NCBI RefSeq assembly: GCF_947568905.1
Contig: NC_079167.1
Coordinates: 26,474,001-26,538,000 of the forward strand
From: Ostrea edulis
Lineage: Eukaryota
Length of the DNA stretch: 64,000 nt
Direction of reading: 5' to 3'
Positions 23,152-33,640 of the stretch are shown here, piece after piece. The first letter of the stretch is position 1. Each line of letters starts with the position of its first letter. Below the pieces are notes generated by a model, which saw only the letters and a program-made list of their open reading frames with translations, was not told where the DNA came from and made no database searches. The position numbers and the translations under genes are program-made.

Positions 23152-24625
23152 ATGCATTTCTTTGCTTTATTTATCGTCCTTCTACAAATTGCAAATACAG
23201 CCACAGTCCATATAGGTCACCCTGTTAGACTTAGAAATTATGTAACGATGAGAAGGCCACGATTTCCAATGAGATTTTTCCCACTAATCGGCAGATTTTT
23301 CAGAAACAGAAGAGTGAGACCAACCAGCAGACCGCCGACACACTTCCATGTTCCATTAAATGGAAGACAGTTCGAACACTTTCATGCCTTTGGAGACGTA
23401 GATCATACCCACGACACAACATTTCCATCTGTAGTCAACTCGGAAAACGGAGCCGGGTGGGATATTCCGGTTCAATGGAGAGATACTAATACCTGGTCTT
23501 TGTTCGACAAGGTCAACCCGGATTCTGTTCTCGTATGGAACAATGATCTTCCCGACAACAAACCTGATGCCATTCCAGACTCTTCGTTACCAAATCGGCC
23601 ATTATTTCCTGATAGTGTTCTTCCATCCGATGTTGAGGTTCCGGTCATTACTTCAGAATTTCTACCTACGTCAAACAAGCGGAAGGAACCTGCGGTTACA
23701 AGACCACTACCTCCAGTCTCAACGGAAAACGATGGGGTTTTATTACCAGGAATCATTGTAAATGTAACTGATAGCAACTCTACTGACTTAAACAGAACTC
23801 AGAAAAATACGGGAAATGACACAAACACGTCTGGAATAAACAGCAATTTTGTTCCAGTTTCCATGACGACACCTGAAACTCCAAAGGCGGTGAATAAAAA
23901 GACAAAAGAACCATCTTGTCACAAAACGTAAGTTTAGCTTTAAAGATATGTTATCGTTGCTTTAAATAGAAATTTCTGTATTTATATATCTCAGTTTTAA
24001 GTAAGTACAGTGTAGTATTTATATATCTCAGTTTTAAGTGAGTACAGTGTAGTTGACATTTAAGCATGGCTTTCTATTTTTAAGGGGGTGTTTGACTGGT
24101 CACGAGTGTGTCTACTCCGGATCTTACATCTGTCCTATTTATATACCGGAAGTGGACTGTAAATGTAGAGCAGGTTGCAGAGTGGACTATACGTTTATAC
24201 CTTTTGGGACAACTGTTACCATGGATACCTGTGGAAATTCATGCTCTTGTTTCAATATGTTCGGAGCAGTAAGTATAACTTTGTTTCCTTCAAAGAAAAT
24301 ATTTCAAAACTGTAACAACTATTTTTGATTGAGACTACTAGTCACTATAATCAATCTTAATGAATACGTGTATCATTAACAATATTCATTTATTTTCTAG
24401 CCGACATGTTCAAACAAACCTTGCGTAGATGACCCTCAAAAACAAGTACCAGGCAAAATTCTCATACCGGAAGTAGTCAGCGCCTCCACACGGCAAAGTC
24501 CGTTACCAACACAGGTCTCTTTCGACATCACCACGACAGATCAGCTGGAAATTAATCAACCAAAAGACAACATACAAATGAACTTCCCGGTGATTCCAAT
24601 CGTCAAAGATAACCAGAAGAGTTAA
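23152..24625 (+). CDS. Cluster gene D: secreted Arg/His/Pro/Asp-rich protein (~394 aa) with 12-Cys module and short C-terminal tail
   Basis: Exons 23152-23927 (phase 2), 24085-24268 (phase 0), 24401-24625. Signal peptide MHFFALFIVLLQIANT. Module CHKTGCLTGHECVYSGSYICPIYIPEVDCKCRAGCRVDYTFIPFGTTVTMDTCGNSCSCFNMFGAPTCSNKPC. TATAAAAA at 23055, AATAAA at 24735. Confidence 0.9.
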
Positions 24626-25589
24626 ACTGGCACTTTACTTCTAAGACACCATTTTCCAGCCGCGTACAATACTTCAAGAAATCCCACATGTACTTATATG
24701 TTTATGTGTTTTATAATGCTATGAAATCCATTGGAATAAAATAAACATTATTATGAATTACTCTTAGATCTTGTATATTCTTTCAAGTTAATCAAAAGGC
24801 GTTTATCTAATAAATGAATTCATGTTTGATTTGTAATTCAATTGTGACGGTGGTTAAATAACAGTGACTTTTTATCTCGTAATTACGACTTTTGATCACG
24901 TTATTACGACTTTCTTAAATCATAAAATTACGGGTTTTTTTTTTAAATCTCGTTATTGCGATTTTCTTAAATCATAAAATTATGGGTTTTTTAAAATCTC
25001 GTTATTGCGATTTTCTTTCCTAAGTTGTAATAACGGGGACCAGACTAAGTTGCAAGTAGCCTAAAATATATTGATTTGTTTTACATGATGAAATCATTGA
25101 TAACGCTTATACACTTGTAATGTTTTAAATACCACGCTGGACATTCGGATCGAATCGGATACTAAGAACCGGGTCAAAGATTTAAAACGCCGTTTTGGGA
25201 TCTATTCACTCAGGTGGTCATATTCAAGACCTGGTTGATGTATTTTCCCTCAATGATTTTCCTTTTCTGTGAATGCGAATGACCTCGCATTTATTAGAGA
25301 TGAATGTCATTTACCAATTTCTTTTCTTTGTATTACATTGAATGTGGGCTAATTATACACACAATCTTTCTATCACGTTTGCAATACCGATAAATGAAAT
25401 TCCCAAACATCACTTGCAGAAAATAAAAGTTTTTAAAAACTATAAATTCTAAGTAATTCAAATTACTGTAATAGACATTTTGTAATTAATTAAACATTTC
25501 TTACGACCTCTACTTGCATAGTAGATGATAGATATGGCGCTAGCACCCTAATCTTTTTAAAAAGATAAGGTTGTAACGATCTAGTTTGC

Positions 25590-25795
25590 CAATACAACCT
25601 ATCATTGGGTCAAATGCTGTCTGACGTGTTTCGTACCGATTGTTAGGTCGTTCTTGGCACACTGATTTTGACTACGGATAACTCCGTTTACCTGATCAAG
25701 ATGTGGGGCTTACGGCGGGTGTGACCGGTCGCCAGGGAATGGGTACTCCCCCTGGGTATGAGATTGATCACTGTTCGTTATCTTCACCTTTCATT
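25590..25795 (+). mobile_element. Penelope-like retroelement 3' end fragment
   Basis: Ends in gagattgatcactgttcgttatcttcacctttcat; related tails occur at ~19000 and ~21605. Confidence 0.6.
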
Positions 25796-26719
25796 AATAT
25801 GAAAGGGATGTATACTCGACAAAATGTTCTCTTTAATTCAACAAGGCGGGATGTTTTTTCGTGGTGAAATCATGTCCAAATACTAGTTTAACACTAATGT
25901 CCTATCAGCTAGAAGAAAGATCACCCATCACCACCGAAAAAAAATGCTCAAGGTATGTCTATGATAACTTCTAAGGTATGATAAAAATTATTCTTGGACA
26001 ATTCATGGTAATCATCTGTTTGTAATGTCTTAATGAAATCAGTTTTGAATGATGCGATTTGTTTTCAAAGCGGTGTGATTAACATAGCTTTTATTCAATC
26101 GTTTGGTTGATTAAATGATAAGATATTGTCCAATAGCATTCATTTTGAGCATAAGATTGGCATCTTGTCGACATCTTTTCACCGACTTACAACAAATATC
26201 ATTTCAATGACTTCATTTTTGACGATAAGCTACAAGTCATCATGTTGACTTTACTACAACCAAGACGAGAAAATTATGTTGTTCAGTTCATAATGATGGA
26301 TATTAGCAACATATCAACTTATTGATATCGACATGTCCATGTTTAGTGAACAAGGCTCTTGAACGTAACCGTACAAAGAGGACAATGCGTCTCGCCTTGT
26401 TGATTTTAAGGGAACATATTGCAGAGTAAATTAATGTTGTGAACATTAATACTTTCCCCCCCAGTTAATTTTGACGTTCCAATCAGTCAATTTATCAATA
26501 TTACGAGTTCCTTCACTTTCTGATTGTCGTTGTACAGTTATTCTTCCAAAATGAAAATGCGTCGTGTTTTGAAAATATTTTGTATTTAACAATAATAATT
26601 AAAAAATATATTATGTATAAAGCAACGATTCGACACATAATTCGCGATTTATCGTGATATAAATCAAAAAGTAGATGGACAATATACGTTTCTTTAGTAT
26701 ATGTACATGTATTGTGGCA

Positions 26720-26723
<4 letters not shown>

Positions 26724-26768
<45 letters not shown>
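26724..26768. repeat. (CT)n microsatellite
   Basis: Direct reading. Confidence 0.95.
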
Positions 26769-26771
<3 letters not shown>

Positions 26772-27730
26772 CATACTGATCATCACGGGGGACATTGAAC
26801 ACCTTGTTTTCTTGCTTCTTGCTTACAAAAAGACTATATGATGTAGTACATAGTCTTAAAAAGTAATTAAACTATTTGTACCGACGTTGGTCATTGAATT
26901 CTTTCCCTTGTCAAATTACATAACGTCGATATGCGCAGGTAAAAAAAATTCCAATGAAGCAAGCAAGAGAGATAACTGCTTTGACTGTTAAAATGGATTT
27001 ATGCTTAGAGTAGGACTTAGTGGGCATCCTTGAAGAACGCCTTAATAGAATTGATTTTACAGCAATGGTCGAAAATTGCAATATGACGTCTAAAGTATTC
27101 ATGATATAAAATATTTTCATTTGATAAAATAAGCTCTGATAGATGTTGTATTTACCCATGGAAATCATATCAGATATATTCAATTAGTAAAATAAAATCT
27201 GTCAAAAAGGAAAACCCATTGCATATTAAACTACAGCAAATTGGGGGTTTTTTATATAGAGAAATTGGCTATCAGTTGGTAAACTTATTAAGATTTCTAA
27301 CAGCAAGATTATCACTCTTTCGATATTACCGATTATGAATGACAAATGTCGCCATTTCGTCTGATATCTTAACCAGTTTTGACAGGTCTTACGAAAGCCG
27401 TTATAAGTCGCGGCTGTATATGTCGTAGTAAGCGTATTTTCCGTAAACGTGGGTTGTATGATGTATGTCTTGTACCCACACCTCTTTCTCCCAGGGATCG
27501 TGGTTGTAATTCGATAAATATACCCACCAATATATGGACATGTTTACCTAGTCATAAATAAACACCAATACACACATGTTCATTTCGTCACGATTGTAAT
27601 TACTCAGTGGATATTTGTAAACATTGTGGGTTTTTCAAATCTACGTACATTGGATAAAATATTCCACGAAATAATTAGGAAAACAGGATTTACGATTGTT
27701 GAGATATCAGTGCGCATTAAAAACATCAAG

Positions 27731-28564
27731 ATGATTTATTTTTTTACATTGCTGTGTTGTTTGTCATGTTTTATCCATGTCGCTTCGTTTATCTTTATTC
27801 CATGGCCTATAATAATTTTCGATGATGCCGGAAACGATGCTTCTGGGAACGTTTACACTCCATTCTTGGAAAATCAACCACGTGCCCCTGAAAACAATAG
27901 GATGAGGAGACCCCAGCCTCCCGTCACCAACATGAGACCTCTCCTGCCAAGGAATCCTCAAAACAGATTGTATCCCTCCAGACAACAAGTCGCGACTCCT
28001 CAAAACACCATCAAGTATATCACTCCGTACGTCAGGTAATGGCAATTTCTAGAATAGGAATAGTAAACCTTCAATAATGAAAAGTTGAATAAACAACATT
28101 CGATTTTGTTTAGTTCGCCTTACTGTCCCGCAGGACAACAATATGTTTACATGCCTCCGACACTAGATGGCGATGCAGTAGCATCCATTTGTCCTCTCAA
28201 CAACCCCATCCATCCGCTCTGTAGATGTCAAACAGGTGTGTTTGTTTACAAAGACTTATTCAATATTTACTACTGCGATAGGATTTTTTTACGATCCATA
28301 AACATTCTACACGGGTTCTATATAACAATCTGTCTTTTCCTTGTAGGTTGTCGACATAAAAACTTCTTTATCCCGTATGGAACGTCAGTTATGGTTGATA
28401 AATGTGGAAACAAGTGCTATTGTAATAGTTTAAATGGCGAGGTAGGCTTTCAATGGACCCCAATGTTGATAACAAACCAATTAGGAAACAAATGGATTAT
28501 ATATATTTCGGTTGACTGTCCTTTTTATGTCTTGCAGGTGGAATGCGAATTTGACAGTTGTTAA
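27731..28564 (+). CDS. Cluster gene E: small secreted Pro/Arg/Asn/Gln-rich protein (~182 aa) with a 10-Cys variant of the module
   Basis: Exons 27731-28035, 28114-28235, 28347-28441, 28538-28564; phases 2,1,0. Signal peptide MIYFFTLLCCLSCFIHVAS. Module YVSSPYCPAGQQYVYMPPTLDGDAVASICPLNNPIHPLCRCQTGCRHKNFFIPYGTSVMVDKCGNKCYCNSLNGEVECEFDSC*. AATAAA at 28690. Confidence 0.88.
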
Positions 28565-29050
28565 ACGAGGCTCTACATATATTTTCGTAAGCACCAAGAA
28601 GTTGTTAATTTCAAATCTATCTGGTTTGATCTGTATCTTTCATAAAGACTTACATGTACAATCGCTAATGTATTCCAAAGATTTTTATAAATAAAAATAT
28701 ATTTACAATGAGCACATCCGTTATTTTTCATTGTCTACAAAATGCAATGGCGACATCGGGATTTTAGAGAGGTCGGGAAGAGTGCCAAAGGCATGATTTG
28801 AGCACCGATAGCACAGACCCTTCGGAAAGGAGGGTCTAGAGGTTTGTTCTATCAGAAAAATTAATTTAAATTGAAGTACGTGAAATAGTCAAGTCTGGGT
28901 TTGAAAGATATCCTAAAATCAAATCCGAAAGGGCTACGTTATTGTAGCTATAGATAATGTCTCAGACGAGAATATCTTTGAATAGTTAAGAAATAAATTA
29001 CATGAGGACATGAATTGCAACGCTTTACGCCAGTATACTTCATGAAACCC

Positions 29051-29053
<3 letters not shown>

Positions 29054-29092
<39 letters not shown>
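29054..29092. repeat. (TA)n microsatellite
   Basis: Direct reading. Confidence 0.95.
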
Positions 29093-29095
<3 letters not shown>

Positions 29096-30139
29096 TACTT
29101 TTACTAAAATAGTCAGACTGTATTTGTCAAGATTCGCACGCACATTGTTCACATTCATGAGGAAAAGGCCATCATTTCAATTGGTACAGATACCAAAGGT
29201 GAAAAATTGGAAATGTATACGTAAAGAGGGTAAAACTCTTTTCTTGATATGTGTATGGTTTAAAAGAGGGGGGAATCCAGTTGGGAAAAGTTACAAAAGC
29301 GTCATGGTAAAAGACAACAGAAGGAGAAATGTTATTTACAGTAAGAACACCTGATCTAGACCTGCAAAAGCTGTACGTTAATGACATCAGTGTTTGTGTA
29401 CATAAAGCCTTATGACGGTATACGCATCTGAACTTCGCAATTCACTAGAAAGTAGAAGATGAATTAAACTTGAGTCGAGCTTTTTCTTCACCATACTGTA
29501 GAACTTGTTCTATTCTTATTTATGGACATCCTTATATATTTCATATAATTTGATATTCATTTTACACGAGTAGTCAATATTTTCTAGCAAATCAAAATTT
29601 AACATTTGAAACTTTTCAACATTATGTAAAATGATTCCGTTGAAAATTATGATACTACGTATAACGCAAGGAATGGCAGACGATTGAAGACAGAAAATAT
29701 GCTGAGTTGATGTAAATTTCCAGTCATCTGGTCGCCCTTGTATATGTGGTCAAAGGGCCAAACCTAAATAAAAACACGTTATAAACAGTTGAAGCATTTC
29801 TTTGGGTAAAACTATCCCTCTAGGCTGTGGAAAAACATCAATGTATTGCAGCACATTCCTCGGACCGCCTGTCACCGAACAAGCCCCTGTATCCACCTTC
29901 TACATTGGATGGTCATAAATGAAAAGCCAATCATGCAAGACCTCTCTATCTGTAATGATAAGCATGCATGGCGTTACGTTGCTTGTCAGAATCTGATTGA
30001 TGGGCATGATTTAGAAATCTGAACACGAGCTGACGTCTTTTAGCTCTCATACCCACACTAGAAGCGTCACAAGTCTGTTATAAATTCTAAAAACCATCTA
30101 CAACAACACATTGTGTGATATATCCAAAGACCAAGGACA

Positions 30140-31223
30140 ATGAAGATCCAAATAACTGTATTTGTATTGTGTTTATTATCTATAACAAATGCTTATTCTT
30201 ACAAAAGGAGAAAAAACTGTGTGAAACGACGTTTGCCATATCCTCCAACGTACCACTATTATAGACCGCAGTTTCCTCCACTTCGTCCAATGCCACAGCC
30301 ACAGTGGCCGATATGGAACGTACCTGCTCCAACCCCTGTGGATATGAGGTTTTATGAGGTTGTAGGGCAACCGATAAGAGGCGACATAGGACAGACACTT
30401 CCTGTGTTTCCGCAACCACAGCCTCCCATAGACACTAAACCAATCGTCCCGGATAATTCCGGACCTGTCATTGTAAATCCAGTAAAACCAGTAATTGAAG
30501 ATTCCGGACCCCTCCGAGGAGACATAGCACCTACCCGTGACACCATGCCACCTGCTGGGATCGGTAAACCTTGCAATGCTTTGTGAGTATACATGTAGAT
30601 CAGTCAATTTGGTTATGTCCCATACTCGTATACAAAGTATCTAATATCTTTCCATCGTTTTTTAAAGATTACAGGAATATTAATTTTACTTATTAGTGAC
30701 TATTTTTTTCTTTGACAGGAGTAATAACTGTGCTATGGGGGAAGTCTGCATGTACGTTGACCAGTCTGTGGGAAATAGCTTCGTATGTCCATCTGCTGCT
30801 GCAGTTTCATGTACTTGTCAACCAGGTAAATATATATATTTTAAGAATTAGTCACTACACTGTCCACATCCTCTGCTAACACTTGCCAAATTCCCCATAG
30901 ATCTATTCTGAGCACTCTGTATTCCTAAGACCTCACACCTCTTTAAAACCTTAATCAAAACGCACACTAATACACAAGTCCATAATGTACTTTCTGTGGT
31001 GTTACACAGGGTGTCGGCATGGGGACCTTTTTATTTCACTTGGTAACACGGTGACGGTGGACCAGTGTGGCAGCAAGTGTTCTTGCATGTCTTTATACGG
31101 AGCAGTAAGTGTCCACCTATCAATTATTGTTGCAGTTTCAGTTTAGATGTGTACCACTCCTAACCCTCAAATCAAAATTCTTTGTTTCACTTTCAGGTCA
31201 GTTGTGAGAAAAAAAATTGCTAG
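30140..31223 (+). CDS. Cluster gene F: secreted Lys/Arg/Tyr/Pro-rich protein (~223 aa) with two RGD motifs and C-terminal 12-Cys module
   Basis: Exons 30140-30582, 30719-30825, 31010-31104, 31197-31223; phases 2,1,0. Signal peptide MKIQITVFVLCLLSITNA. Module CNALSNNCAMGEVCMYVDQSVGNSFVCPSAAAVSCTCQPGCRHGDLFISLGNTVTVDQCGSKCSCMSLYGAVSCEKKNC*. TATAAA at 30079, AATAAA at 31313. Confidence 0.92.
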
Positions 31224-33640
31224 GTCAAACCCCAAGCATTACATTTATGGATCAAGAGAAAGCCAAAGACTTTTCTACAAGGTTTATGAAATTGTCATTA
31301 TTTAACGTATTTAATAAATTATGTCTAATATCCATTTGTTATTTCTGAGTGAACAAATGAAATGGAATCATCCTATATGTACTTCGTCGGCTCATACCCC
31401 GAGTTATTGCACCATGTGATGTAAATAATCTTCAATGGTAAGAAACATATTTAGATATCAATTTCAGACAAAGGTGATTATAGAATATAATATAAAAAAT
31501 GTTCTCGCTGTCTGATTATTCAATAACTAAATGTTATACTGTAAAGATGAAGTTAAGATAATCTAAAAACAATTCTACCATGATTATTGCAAAGATCATA
31601 TGAATGCGATGGTCATTATTCTGCGATATACCTTCATATGTAATAACATATGAGAAAATTGATACACATCTCGCTTGAACTGTGTTTTGCTAATACAACA
31701 ATAAAGTCAATTACTATATTCCTATACCGTACTCATTAAAATTAATATATGTTGCAAAACAAATTTATAAATGAATGAAGAACATTTGTCATTCAATATA
31801 AATCAATCGTCTGCATTCCCAGATCGATATACATGTAAACAAACATGGCGGTGCATATCTTCTACGTATGTGTAGTGTTTTTGAACTGCGTTATTCAAAG
31901 CAGTTGATATCATCCGTCATAAAACTAAATACTTGAAATATTTTTTTCAAAATAGATCTAATATCTTGTATCCTACCATCTCAAATTTTTGTCAGCAACC
32001 CCCCCCCCCCAAAAAAAAACTACCATGTAGATCTAGTCCGTTTCAGAAAGTGCCATGACGTCGTGGTGACCAATTTCGTAGTTGTACAGGTAAACGATCA
32101 GCTGTATATTTCTAGGCCGTGGTAGAATGGAAATAAAGTTCTTGTTTTGGTGTATAACCTCCTCGGTCTCAAATGTTTGAAATATAAAAGCCTCAGCTTT
32201 TTTCGAAGCCAGATAATTCCTGGATATTCGCAAAAATATGCTCTTCCTCGAATTGATAAAACAACATGGCCAACTTTATCAATACTTTTATTTTTTATAA
32301 GCTATTCTCATTTTCTCTCTACTTTCAAAAACCCAACAAACATCATGCAAATTACAAAACCTCAGTCTAACATTGTATTATTTGTTGAGCTTTATTAAAT
32401 TTACTTTAGTAACACATTTTTCTTCTCATAACTTTACTACAACATATATACCGATAAAATACTGGTGCAAACAACAAAGTCTTGCATACTTATCATAGGC
32501 AAGTTAGGAGTCATTGAAAACGGTCGCATAAACTACGTACTGGAAATTTTTAAAGAAGCATAATACTGATATTTATCATGTGTATAGCCACTTAAATACT
32601 ACATTTGTGCAACATATTTCCCAACATTTATAGTAAAACAAAGTTTCCTACAAGCTTTAAGTTCAGAAAACACAGATAGCCCATACAAAGCCCAAAACCT
32701 GTTCTACATATAATGATCTGATAATACTGGTATCTTAAAAACAGAAAATACCACATTCAGGGACTATAACAAAGTAAATTTTAACACTGCTGTGATACCG
32801 CAATGCTCATCAACACATCGATAAGGAATGTAAAATGGAGCTATAATAACAATGAGATGTCATATGTGAAGTATGACAAAGGATTAAAATATAAAATAAA
32901 TATATCTATGAATACATACATGTAGCATGCACTATACGCGAAAAGATCACTACAGCATTGGATATTCTTTAAACTTAGAAGCAATGCTGTCTTCTTAGAA
33001 AACTGACACTTAACATTTTGTTCAAATAGTAAGGATTATGCCTTTTATATCACATAAAATTGTAAGATCATAATCATAATTTACAATTACCCACAAATTG
33101 TTGGAGAAGAAATTCATCAAGGACATCAAATAAATAGATTCACAGGAATATTTTCCTGGTTAAATATAAATAAATTAAATAACCTATCACAACAATATGA
33201 TGATAATAAAAATTTCCTGGCAAGTTACCATACGTGTGTATATCACAATATGAACAAGATGAGAGGACGGAATCTATATACAATACATAAATAAATTGCT
33301 AATATCACAGTTTTTTCTCCATATGTATAAATAACAGGATAAGTGCTCTACTGAATAATACTAATAGCGTATTGTGCTATAAATCATAAGCAAAATACTG
33401 GTCCTAGTCAATTCTTAAATATTTTATAAGCTGAACTATAAGATTTGCCAATATATTTTGAAGTCAGTAAAATCTGCTGAAAATTGTAGGAATCCCCATA
33501 GTAACAACTATGAAATCTTTAGATAAATATTATGATAAATTAATGACTCGGTATATAATTTAACAATGATAACAAACATCTTCCTACAACAACACTTTGT
33601 ACAGGATCATCCTAATCTCGAGGTGGACAATAGTCTTTGA

